A DNA stretch of 64,000 nucleotides from Eledone cirrhosa. Its lineage: Eukaryota. Shown piece after piece: positions 1 to 12,000 of this stretch (the first letter of the stretch is position 1; each line of letters opens with the position of its first letter). The position numbers and the translations under genes were made by a program. Location of the stretch: positions 205,344,001 to 205,408,000 of the forward strand of contig OZ024740.1 in assembly GCA_964016885.1 (NCBI GenBank), written 5' to 3'. The notes beneath the pieces are model-generated. The model did not search any database, was not told where the DNA came from, and saw nothing but the letters and a program-made list of their open reading frames with translations.

Positions 1-3000
1 GTTGGTGTCAGTGTGTGTGTTGGTGTCAGTGTGTGTGTGTTGGTGTCAGTGTGTGTGTTGGTGTCAGTGTGTGTGTGTTGGTGTCAGTGTGTGTGTTGGT
101 GTCAGTGTGTGTGTTGGTGTCAGTGTGTGTGTTGGTGTCAGTGTGTGTGTTGGTATCAATGTGTGTGTTGGTGGCAGTGTGTGTGTTGGTGTCAGTGTGT
201 GTTGGTGTCAGTGTGTGTTGGTGTCAGTGTGTGTGTTGGTGTCAGTGTGTGTGTTGGTGTCAGTGTGTGTGTTGGTGTCAGTGTGTGTGTTGGTGTCAGT
301 GTGTGTGTGTTGGTGTCAGTGTGTGTGTTGGTATCAGTGTGTGTGTTGGTGTCAAGTGTGTGTGTTGGTGTCAGTGTGTGTGTTGGTGTCAGTGTGTGTG
401 TTGGTGTCAGTGTGTATGTTGGTGTCAGTGTGTGTGTTGGTATCAGTGTGTGTGTTGGTGTCAGTGTGTGTGTTGGTGTCAGTGTGTGTGTTGGTGTCAG
501 TGTGTGTGTTGGTGTCAGTGTGTGTTGGTGTCAGTGTGTGTGTGTTGGTATCAGTGTGTGTGTGTTGGTGTCAGTGTGTGTGTTGGTGTCAGTGTGTGAG
601 TTGGTGTCAGTGTGTATGTTGGTGTCAGTGTGTGTGTTGGTGTCAGTGTGTGTGTTGGTATCAGTGTGTGTGTTGGTGTCAGTGTGTGTGTTGGTGTCAG
701 TGTGTGTGTTGGTGTCAGTGTGTGTGTTGGTGTCAGTGTGTGTGTTGGTGTCAGTGTGTGTGTTGGTGTCAGTGTGTGTGTTGGTGTCAGTGTGTGTGTT
801 GGTGTCAGTGTGTGTGTGTTGGTATCAGTGTGTGTGTTGGTGTCAGTGTGTGTGTTGGTATCAGCGTGTGTGTTGGTGTCAGTGTGTGTGTTGGTGTCAG
901 TGTGTGTGTGTTGGTATCAGTGTGTGTGTGTTGGTGTCAGTGTGTGTGTTGGTGTCAGTGTGTGTGTGTTGGTGTCAGTGTGTGTGTGTTGGTGTCAGTG
1001 TGTGTGTTGGTGTCAGTGTGTGTGTTGGTGTCAGTGTGTGTGTTGGTGTCAGTGTGTGTGTTGGTGTCAGTGTGTGTGTTGGTGTCAGTGTGTGTGTGTT
1101 GGTATGAGCGTGTGTGTTGGTGTCAGTGTGTGTGTTGGTGTCAGTGTGTATGTTGGTGTCAGTGTGTGTTGGTGTCAGTGTGTGTGTTGGTGTCAGTGTG
1201 TGTGTTGGTATCAGTGTGTGTGTTGGTGTCAGTGTGTGTGTTGGTGTCAGTGTGTGTTAGTGTCAGTGTGTGTGTTGGTGTCAGTGTGTGTGTTGGTGTC
1301 AGTGTGTGTGTGTTGGTGTCAGTGTGTGTGTGTTGGTATCAGCGTGTGTGTTGGTGTCAGTGTGTGTGTTGGTGTCAGTGTGTGTGTTGGTGTCAGTGTG
1401 TGTGTTGGTGTCAGTGTGTGTGTTGGTATCAGTGTGTGTGTTGGTGTCAGTGTGTGTGTTGGTGTCAGTGTGTGTGTTGGTGTCAGTGTGTGTGTTGGTG
1501 TCAGTGTGTGTGTTGGTGTCAGTGTGTGTGTTGGTGTCAGTGTCTGTGTTGGTGTCAGTGTGTGTGTGTTGGTGTCAGTGTGTGTGATGGTGTCAGTGTG
1601 TGTGTGTTGGTATCAGTGTGTGTGTTGGTGTCAGTGTGTGTTGGTGTCAGTGTGTGTTGGTGTCAGTGTGTGTGTTGGTGTCAGTGTGTGTGTTGGTATC
1701 AGTGTGTGTTGGTGTCAGTGTGTGTGTGTTGGTGATAGTGTGTGTGTGTTGGTGTCAGTGTGTGTGTTGGTGTCAGTGTGTGTGTGTTGGTGTCAGTGTG
1801 TGTGTTGGTATCAGGGTGTGTGTTGGTGTCAGTGTGTGTGTTGGTATCAGTGTGTGTGTTGGTGTCAGTGTGTGTGTGTTGGTGTCAGTGTGTGTGTGTT
1901 GGTATCAGTGTGTGTGTTGGTGTCAGTGTGTGTGTGTTGGTGTCAGTGTGTGTGTGTTGGTGTCAGTGTGTGTGTTGGTGTCAGTGTGTGTGTTGGTGTC
2001 AGTGTGTGTGTGTTGGTGTCAGTGTGTGTTGGTGTCAGTGTGTGTGTTGGTGTCAGTGTGTGTGTTGGTGTCAGTGTGTGTGTTGGTGTCAGTGTGTGTG
2101 TTGGTGTCAGTGTGTGTGTGTTGGTGTCAGTGTGTGTGTTGGTGTCAGTGTGTGTGTTGGTGTCAGTGTGTGTGTTGGTGTCAGTGTGTGTGTTGGTCTC
2201 AGTGTGTGTGTTGGTGTCAGTGTGTGTGTTGGTGTCAGTGTGTGTGTGTTGGTGTCAGTGTGTGTTGGTGTCAGTGTGTGTGTTGGTGTCAGTGTATGTG
2301 TTGGTGTCAGTGTGTGTGTTGGTATCAGTGTGTGTGTTGGTGTCAGTGTGTGTGTTGGTGTCAGTGTGTGTGTTGGTGTCAGTGTGTGTGTTGGTGTCAG
2401 TGTGTGTGTGTTGGTGTCAGTGTGTGTGTTGGTGTCAGTGTGTGTGTGTTGGTGTCAGTGAGTGTGTTGGTGTCAGTGTGTGTGTTGGTGTCAGTGTGTG
2501 TGTTGGTGTCAGTGTGTGTGTTGGTATCAGTGTGTGTGTTGGTATCAGTGTGTGTGTTGGTATCAGTGTGTGTGTTGGTATCAGTGTGTGTGTTGGTGTC
2601 AGTGTGTGTTGGTGTCAGTGTGTGTTGGTGTCAGTGTGTGTGTTGGTGTCAGTGTGTGTGTTGGTGTCAGTGTGTGTTTTGGTGTCAGTGTGTGTTGGTA
2701 TCATTGTGTGTGTTGGTGTCAGTGTGTGTGTTGGTGTCAGTGTGTGTTGGTGTCAGTGTGTGTGTTGGTGTCAGTGTGTGTGTTGGTGTCAGTGTGTGTG
2801 TTGGTATCAGTGTGTGTGTTGGTATCAGTGTGTGTGTTGGTATCAGTGTGTGTGTGTTGGTGTCAGTGTGTGTGTTGGTGTCAGTGTGTGTGTTGGTGTC
2901 AGTGTGTTTTTTGGTGTCAGTGTGTGTTGGTATCAGTATGTGTGTTGGTGTCAGTGTGTGTGTGTTGGTGTCAGTGTGTGTGTGTTGGTGTCAGTGTGTG

Positions 3001-6000
3001 TGTTGGTGTCAGTGTGTGTGTTGGTGTCAGTGTGTGTGTTGGTGTCAGTGTGTGTGTGTTGGTGTCAGTGTGTGTGTGTTGGTGTCAGTGTGTGTGTTGG
3101 TGTCAGTGTGTGTGTTGATGTAAGTGTGTGTGTTGGTGTCAGTGTGTGTGTTGGTGTCAGTGTGTGTTGGTGTCAGAGTCTGTGTTGGTATCAGCGTGTG
3201 TGTTGGTATCAGCGTGTGTGTTGGTATCAGTGTGTGTGTGTTGGTGTCAGTGTGTGTGTTGGTGTCAGTGTGTGTTGGTGTCAGTGTGTGTTGGTGTCAG
3301 TGTGTGTGTTGGTGTCAGTGTGTGTGTTGGTGTCAGTGTGTGTGTTGGCGTCAGTGTGTGTGTTGGTGTCAGTGTGTGTGTGTTGGTGTCAGTGTGTGTG
3401 TTGGTGTCAGTGTGTGTGTGTTGGTGTCAGTGTGTGTGTTGGTGTCAATGTGTGTGTTGGTGTCAGTGTGTGTGTTGGTGTCAGTGTGTGTGTTGGTATC
3501 AGTGTGTGTTGGTGTCAGTGTGTGTGTTGGTGTCAGTGTGTGTGTTGGTGTCAGTGTGTGTGTTGGTGTCAGTGTGTGTGTTGGTATCAGTGTGTGTGTT
3601 GGTGTCAGTGTGTGTGTTGGTGTCAGTGTGTGTGTTGGTGCCAGTGTGTGTGTTGGTATCAGCATGTGTGTTGGTATCAGCGTGTGTGTTGGTGTCAGTG
3701 TGTGTGTTGGTGTCAGTGTGTGTGTTGGTGTCAGTGTGTGTGTGTTGGTGTCAGTGTGTGTGTTGGTGTCAGTGTGTGTGTGTTGGTGTCAGTGTGTGTG
3801 TTGGTGTCAGTGTGTGTGTTGGTGTCAGTGTGTGTGTTGGTGTCAGTGTGTGTGTTGGTATCAATGTGTGTGTTGGTGGCAGTGTGTGTGTTGGTGTCAG
3901 TGTGTGTTGGTGTCAGTGTGTGTTGGTGTCAGTGTGTGTGTTGGTGTCAGTGTGTGTGTTGGTGTCAGTGTGTGTGTTGGTGTCAGTGTGTGTGTTGGTG
4001 TCAGTGTGTGTGTGTTGGTGTCAGTGTGTGTGTTGGTATCAGTGTGTGTGTTGGTGTCAAGTGTGTGTGTTGGTGTCAGTGTGTGTGTTGGTGTCAGTGT
4101 GTGTGTTGGTGTCAGTGTGTATGTTGGTGTCAGTGTGTGTGTTGGTATCAGTGTGTGTGTTGGTGTCAGTGTGTGTGTTGGTGTCAGTGTGTGTGTTGGT
4201 GTCAGTGTGTGTGTGTTGGTATCAGTGTGTGTGTGTTGGTGTCAGTGTGTGTGTTGGTGTCAGTGTGTGAGTTGGTGTCAGTGTGTATGTTGGTGTCAGT
4301 GTGTGTGTTGGTGTCAGTGTGTGTGTTGGTATCAGTGTGTGTGTTGGTGTCAGTGTGTGTGTTGGTGTCAGTGTGTGTGTTGGTGTCAGTGTGTGTGTTG
4401 GTGTCAGTGTGTGTGTGTTGGTATCAGTGTGTGTGTTGGTGTCAGTGTGTGTGTTGGTATCAGCGTGTGTGTTGGTGTCAGTGTGTGTGTTGGTGTCAGT
4501 GTGTGTGTGTTGGTATCAGTGTGTGTGTGTTGGTGTCAGTGTGTGTGTTGGTGTCAGTGTGTGTGTGTTGGTGTCAGTGTGTGTGTGTTGGTGTCAGTGT
4601 GTGTGTTGGTGTCAGTGTGTGTGTTGGTGTCAGTGTGTGTGTTGGTGTCAGTGTGTGTGTGTTGGTGTCAGTGTGTGTGTTGGTATCAGTGTGTGTGTTG
4701 GTGTCAGTGTGTGTGTTGGTGTCAGTGTGTGTTGGTGTCAGTGTGTGTGTTGGTGTCAGTGTGTGTGTTGGTGTCAGTGTGTGTGTGTTGGTGTCAGTGT
4801 GTGTGTGTTGGTATCAGCGTGTGTGTTGGTGTCAGTGTGTGTGTTGGTGTCAGTGTGTGTGTTGGTGTCAGTGTGTGTGTTGGTGTCAGTGTGTGTGTTG
4901 GTATCAGTGTGTGTGTTGGTGTCAGTGTGTGTGTTGGTGTCAGTGTGTGTGTTGGTGTCAGTGTGTGTGTTGGTGTCAGTGTGTGTGTTGGTGTCAGTGT
5001 GTGTGTTGGTGTCAGTGTCTGTGTTGGTGTCAGTGTGTGTGTTGGTGTCAGTGTGTGTGTTGGTGTCAGTGTGTGTGTTGGTGTCAGTGTGTGTGTTGGT
5101 GTCAGTGTGTGTGTTGGTGTCAGTGTGTGTGTTGGTGTCAGTGTGTGTGTGTTGGTATGAGCGTGTGTGTTGGTGTCAGTGTGTGTGTTGGTGTCAGTGT
5201 GTATGTTGGTGTCAGTGTGTGTTGGTGTCAGTGTGTGTGTTGGTGTCAGTGTGTGTGTTGGTATCAGTGTGTGTGTTGGTGTCAGTGTGTGTGTTGGTGT
5301 CAGTGTGTGTTGGTGTCAGTGTGTGTGTTGGTGTCAGTGTGTGTGTTGGTGTCAGTGTGTGTGTGTTGGTGTCAGTGTGTGTGTTGGTATCAGCGTGTGT
5401 GTTGGTGTCAGTGTGTGTGTGTTGGTGTCAGTGTGTGTGTTGGTGTCAGTGTGTGTGTTGGTGTCAGTGTGTGTGTTGGTGTCAGTGTGTGTGTTGGTGT
5501 CAGTGTGTGTGTTGGTGTCAGTGTGTGTGTTGGTGTCAGTGTGTGTGTGTTGGTATGAGCGTGTGTGTTGGTGTCAGTGTGTGTGTTGGTGTCAGTGTGT
5601 ATGTTGGTGTCAGTGTGTGTTGGTGTCAGTGTGTGTGTTGGTGTCAGTGTGTGTGTTGGTATCAGTGTGTGTGTTGGTGTCAGTGTGTGTGTTGGTGTCA
5701 GTGTGTGTTGGTGTCAGTGTCTGTGTTGGTGTCAGTGTGTGTGTTGGTGTCAGTGTGTGTTGGTGTCAGTGTGTGTGTTGGTGTCAGTGTGTGTGTTGGT
5801 GTCAGTGTGTGTGTTGGTGTCAGTGTGTGTGTTGGTGTCAGTGTGTGTGTTGGTGTCAGTGTGTGTGTTGGTGTCAGTGTGTGTGTGTTGGTGTCAGTGT
5901 GTGTGTTGGTGTCAGTGTGTGTGTTGGTGTCAGTGTGTGTGTTGGTGTCAGTGTGTGTGTGTTGGTGTCAGTGTGTGTGTGTTGGTATCAGCGTGTGTGT

Positions 6001-9000
6001 TGGTGTCAGTGTGTGTGTTGGTGTCAGTGTGTGTGTTGGTGTCAGTGTGTGTGTTGGTGTCAGTGTGTGTGTGTTGGTGTCAGTGTGTGTGTTGGTGTCA
6101 GTGTGTGTGTTGGTGTCAGTGTGTGTGTGTTGGTGTCAGTGTGTGTGTTGGTGTCAGTGTGTGTGTGTTGGTGTCAGTGTGTGTGTGTTGGTATCAGCGT
6201 GTGTGTTGGTGTCAGTGTGTGTGTTGGTGTCAGTGTGTGTGTTGGTGTCAGTGTGTGTGTTGGTGTCAGTGTGTGTGTTGGTATCAGTGTGTGTGTTGGT
6301 GTCAGTGTGTGTGTTGTTGTCAGTGTGTGTGTTGGTGTCAGTGTGTGTGTTGGTGTCAGTGTGTGTGTTGGTGTCAGTGTGTGTGTTGGTGTCAGTGTCT
6401 GTGTTGTTGTCAGTGTGTGTGTGTTGGTGTCAGTGTGTGTGATGGTGTCAGTGTGTGTGTGTTGGTATCAGTGTGTGTGTTGGTGTCAGTGTGTGTTGGT
6501 GTCAGTGTGTGTTGGTGTCAGTGTGTGTGTTGGTGTCAGTGTGTGTGTTGGTATCAGTGTGTGTGTTGGTGTCAGTGTGTGTGTGTTGGTGTCAGTGTGT
6601 GTGTTGGTGTCAGTGTGTGTGTTGGTGTCAGTGTGTGTGTTGGTGTCAGTGTGTGTGTGTTGGTGTCAGTGTGTGTGTTGGTGTCAGTGTGTGTGTGTTG
6701 GTGTCAGTGTGTGTTGGTGTCAGTGTGTGTGTTGGTGTGAGTGTGTGTGTTGGTGTCAGTGTGTGTGTTGGTGTCAGTGTGTGTGTGTTGGTGTCAGTGT
6801 GTGTGTGGGTGTCAGTGTGTGTGTTGGTATCAGTGTGTGTGTTGGTGTCAGTGTGTGTTGGTGTCAGTGTGTGAGTTGGTGTCAGTGTGTGTGTTGGTGT
6901 CAGTGTGTGTGTTGGTATCAGTGTGTGTGTTGGTGTCAGTGTGTGTGTTGGTATCAGTGTGTGTGTTGGTATCAGTGTGTGTGTTGGTGTCAGTGTGTGT
7001 GTGTTGGTGTCAGTGTGTGTGTGTTGGTGTCAGTGTGTGTGTTGGTGTCAGTGTGTGTGTTGGTGTCTGTGTGTGTGTTGGTGTCAGTGTGTGTGTTGGT
7101 GTTTAGTGTGTGTGTTGGTGTCAGTGTGTGTGTGTTGGTGTCAGTGTGTGTGTTGGTATCAGTGTGTGTGTGTTGGTATCAGTGTGTGTGTTGGTGTCAG
7201 TGTGTGTGTTGGTGTCAGTGTGTGTGTTGGTATCAGCGTGTGTGTTGGTGTCAGTGTGTGTGTTGGTGTCAGTGTGTGTGTTGGTGTCAGTGTGTGTGTT
7301 GGTATCAGCGTGTGTGTTGGTGTCAGTGTGTGTGTGTTGGTGTCAGTGTCAGTGTGTGTGTGTTGGTGTCAGTGTGTGTGTTGGTATCAGCGTGTGTGTT
7401 GGTATCAGTGTGTGTGTTGGTATCAGTGTGTGTGTTGGTGTCAGTGTGTGTGTTGGTGTCATGTGTGTGTGTTGGTGTCAGTGTGTGTGTTGGTTTCAGC
7501 GTGTGTGTTGGTATCAGTGTGTGTGTTGGTATCAGTGTGTGTGTTGGTGTCAGTGTGTGTGTTGGTGTCAGTGTGTGTGTTGGTGTCAGTGTGTGTGTTG
7601 GTGTCAGTGTGTGTGTTGGTGTCAGTGTGTGTGTTGGTATCAGCGTGTGTGTTGGTGTCAGTGTGTGTGATGGTGTCAGTGTGTGTGTGTTGGTGTCAGT
7701 GTGTGTGTTGGTGTCAGTGTGTGTGTTGGTGTCAGTGTGTGTGTTGGTATCAGCGTGTGTGTTGGTGTCAGTGTGTGTGTGTTGGTGTCAGTGTGTGTGT
7801 GTTGGTGTCAGTGTGTGTTGGTGTCAATGTGTGTTGGTGTCAGTGTGTGTGTGTTGGTGTCAGTGTGTGTGTTGGTGTCAGTGTGTGTGTTGGTGTCAGT
7901 GTGTGTGTTGGTGTCAGTGTGTGTGTGTTGGTGTCAGTGTGTGTGTTGGTATCAGTGTGTGTGTGTTGGTATCAGTGTGTGTGTTGGTGTCAGTGTGTGT
8001 GTTGGTGTCAGTGTGTGTGTTGGTATCAGCGTGTGTGTTGGTGTCAGTGTGTGTGTTGGTGTCAGTGTGTGTTGGTGTCAGTGTGTGTGTTGGTATCAGC
8101 GTGTGTGTTGGTGTCAGTGTGTGTGTGTTGGTGTCAGTGTGTGTTGGTGTCAGTGTGTGTGTGTTGGTGTCAGTGTGTGTGTTGGTATCAGCGTGTGTGT
8201 TGGTATCAGTGTGTGTGTTGGTATCAGTGTGTGTGTTGGTGTCAGTGTGTGTGTTGGTGTCATGTGTGTGTGTTGGTGTCAGTGTGTGTGTTGGTATCAG
8301 TGTGTGTGTTGGTATCAGCGTGTGTGTTGGTATCAGTGTGTGTGTTGGTATCAGTGTGTGTGTTGGTGTCAGTGTGTGTGTTGGTGTCAGTGTGTGTGTT
8401 GGTGTCAGTGTGTGTGTTGGTGTCAGTGTGTGTGTGTTGGTGTCAGTGTGTGTGTGTTGGTGTCAGTGTGTGTTGGTGTCAATGTGTGTTGGTGTCAGTG
8501 TGTGTGTTGCTGTCAGTGTGTGTGTTGGTGTCAGTGTGTGTGTGTTGGTGTCAGTGTGTGTGTTGGTGTCAGTGTGTGTGTTGGTGTCAGTGTGTGTGTG
8601 TTGGTGTCAGTGTGTGTGTTGGTGTCAGTGTGTGTGTTGGTGTCAGTGTGTGTGTTGGTGTCAGTGTGTGTGTTGGTGTCAGTGTGTGTGTTGGTATCAG
8701 CGTGTGTGTTGGTGTCAGTGTGTGTGTTGGTGTCAGTGTGTGTGTGTTGGTGTCAGTGTGTGTTGGTGTCAATGTGTGTTGGTGTCAGTGTGTGTGTTGG
8801 TGTCAGTTTGTGTGTTGGTGTCAGTGTGCGTGTTGGTATCAGTGTGTGTGTTGGTGTCAGTGTGTGTGTGTTGGTGTCAGTGTGTGTGTTGGTGTCAGTG
8901 TGTGTGTTGGTGTCAGTGTGTGTGTTGGTGTCAGTGTGTGTGTTGGTATCAGCGTGTGTTGGTGTCAGTGTGTGTGTTGGTGTCAGTGTGTGTGCGTTGG

Positions 9001-12000
9001 TGTCAGTGTGTGTTGGTGTCAATGTGTGTTGGTGTCAGTGTGTGTGTTGGTGTCAGTTTGTGTGTTGGTGTCAGTGTGTGTGTTGGTATCAGTGTGTGTG
9101 TTGGTGTCAGTGTGTGTGTTGAAGTCAGTGTGTGTGTTGGTGTCAGTGTGTGTGTTGGTGTCAGTGTGTGTGTGTTGGTGTCAGTGTGTGTGTTGGTGCC
9201 AGTGTGTGTGTTGGTGTCAGTGTGTGTGTTGGTGTAAGTGTGTGTGTTGGTGTCAGTGTGTGTGTTGGTGTCAGTGTGTGTGTGTTGGTGTCAGTGTGTG
9301 TGTTGGTGTCAGTGTATGTGTGGGTGTCAGTGTGTGTGTGTTGGTATCAGTGTGTGTGTTGGTGTCAGTGTGTGTTGGTGTCAGTGTGTGTGTTGGTGTC
9401 AGTGTGTGTGTTGGTGTCAGTGTGTGTGTGTGTGTTGGTGTCAGTGTGTGTGTTGGTGTCAGTGTGTGTGTTGGTGTCAGTGTGTGTGTGTTGGTGTCAG
9501 TGTGTGTGTTGGTGTCAGTGTGTGTGTTGGTGTCAGTGTGTGTGTGGGTGTCAGTGTGTGTGTGTTGGTATCAGTGTGTGTGTTGGTGTCAGTGTGTGTG
9601 TTGGTGTCAGTGTGTGTGTGTTGGTGTCAGTGTGTGTTGGTGTCAATGTGTGTGTTGGTGTCAGTGTGTGTGTTGGTGTCAGTGTGTGTGTTGGTGTCAG
9701 TGTGTGTATTGGTGTCAGTGTGTGTGTTGGTGTCAGTGTGTGTGTGTTGGTGTCAGCGTGTGTGTTGGTGTCAGTGTGTGTGTGTTGGTGTCAGTGTGTG
9801 TGTTGGTATCAGTGTGTGTGTTGGTGTCAGTGTGTGTGTGTGTGTTGGTGTCAGTGTGTGTGTTGGTGTCAGTGTGTGTGTTGGTGTCAGTGTGTGTGTG
9901 TTGGTGTCAGTGTGTGTGTTGGTGTCAGTGTGTGTGTTGGTGTCAGTGTGTGTGTGGGTGTCAGTGTGTGTGTGTTGGTATCAGTGTGTGTGTTGGTGTC
10001 AGTGTGTGTGTTGGTGTCAGTGTGTGTGTGTTGGTGTCAGTGTGTGTTGGTGTCAGTGTGTGTGTGTTGGTGTCAGTGTGTGTGTTGGTGTCAGTGTGTG
10101 TGTTGGTGTCAGTGTGTGTGTTGGTGTCAGTGAGTGTGTTGGTGTCAGTGTGTGTGTTGGTGTCAGTGTGTGTGTGTTGGTGTCAGCGTGTGTGTTGGTG
10201 TCAGTGTGTGTGTGTTGGTGTCAGTGTGTGTGTTGGTATCAGTGTGTGTGTTGGTGTCAGCGTGTGTGTTGGTGTCAGTGTGTGTGTGTGTGTTGGTGTC
10301 AGTGTGTGTGTTGGTGTCAGTGTGTGTGTTGGTGTCAGTGTGTGTGTGTTGGTGTCAGTGTGTGTGTTGGTGTCAGTGTGTGTGTTGGTGTCAGTGTGTG
10401 TGTGGGTGTCAGTGTGTGTGTGTTGGTATCAGTGTGTGTGTTGGTGTCAGTGTGTGTGTTGGTGTCAGTGTGTGTGTGTTGGTGTCAGTGTGTGTTGGTG
10501 TCAGTGTGTGTGTGTTGGTGTCAGTGTGTGTGTTGGTGTCAGTGTGTGTGTTGGTGTCAGTGTGTGTGTTGGTGTCAGTGTGTGTGTTGGTGTCAGTGTG
10601 TGTGTTGGTGTCAGTGTGTGTGTGTTGGTGTCAGCGTGTGTGTTGGTGTCAGTGTGTGTGTGTTGGTGTCAGTGTGTGTGTTGGTATCAGTGTGTGTGTT
10701 GGTGTCAGTGTGTGTGTGTTGGTGTCAGTGTGTGTGTTGGTGTCAGGGTGTGTGTTGGTGTCAGCGTGTGTGTTGGTGTCAGCGTGTGTGTTGGTGTCAG
10801 TGTGTGTGTTGGTGTCAGTGTGTGTGTTGGTGTCAGTGTGTGTGTTGGTGTCAGTGTGTGTGTTGGTGTCAGTGTGTGTGTGTTGGTGTCAGTGTGTGTG
10901 ATGGTGTCAGTGTGTGTGTGTTGGTATCAGTGTGTGTGTTGGTGTCAGTGTGTGTTGGTGTCAGTGTGTGTTGGTGTCAGTGTGTGTGTTGGTGTCAGTG
11001 TGTGTGTTGGTATCAGTGTGTGTGTTGGTGTCAGTGTGTGTGTGTTGGTGTCAGTGTGTGTGTTGGTGTCAGTGTGTGTGTTGGTGTCAGTGTGTGTGTT
11101 GGTGTCAGTGTGTGTGTGTTGGTGTCAGTGTGTGTGTTGGTGTCAGTGTGTGTGTGTTGGTGTCAGTGTGTGTTGGTGTCAGTGTGTGTGTTGGTGTCAG
11201 TGTGTGTGTTGGTGTCAGTGTGTGTGTTGGTGTCAGTGTGTGTGTGTTGGTGTCAGCGTGTGTGTTGGTGTCAGTGTGTGTGTGTTGGTGTCAGTGTGTG
11301 TGTTGGTATCAGTGTGTGTGTTGGTGTCAGCGTGTGTGTTGGTGTCAGTGTGTGTGTGTTGGTGTCAGTGTGTGTGTTGGTGTCAGTGTGTGTGTTGGTG
11401 TCAGTGTGTGTGTGTTGGTGTCAGTGTGTGTGTTGGTGTCAGTGTGTGTGTTGGTGTCAGTGTGTGTGTGGGTGTCAGTGTGTGTGTGTTGGTATCAGTG
11501 TGTGTGTTGGTGTCAGTGTGTGTGTTGGTGTCAGTGTGTGTGTGTTGGTGTCAGTGTGTGTTGGTGTCAGTGTGTGTGTGTTGGTGTCAGTGTGTGTGTT
11601 GGTGTCAGTGTGTGTGTTGGTGTCAGTGTGTGTGTTGGTGTCAGTGTGTGTGTTGGTGTCAGTGTGTGTGTTGGTGTCAGTGTGTGTGTGTTGGTGTCAG
11701 CGTGTGTGTGTTGGTGTCAGTGTGTGTGTTGGTGTCAGTGTGTGTGTTGGTGTCAGTGTGTGTGTTGGTGTCAGTGTGTGTGTGTTGGTGTCAGTGTGTG
11801 TGTTGGTATCAGTGTGTGTGTGTTGGTATCAGTGTGTGTGTTGGTGTCAGTGTGTGTGTTGGTGTCAGTGTGTGTGTTGGTATCAGCGTGTGTGTTGGTG
11901 TCAGTGTGTGTGTTGGTGTCAGTGTGTGTTGGTGTCAGTGTGTGTGTTGGTATCAGCGTGTGTGTTGGTGTCAGTGTGTGTGTGTTGGTGTCAGTGTGTG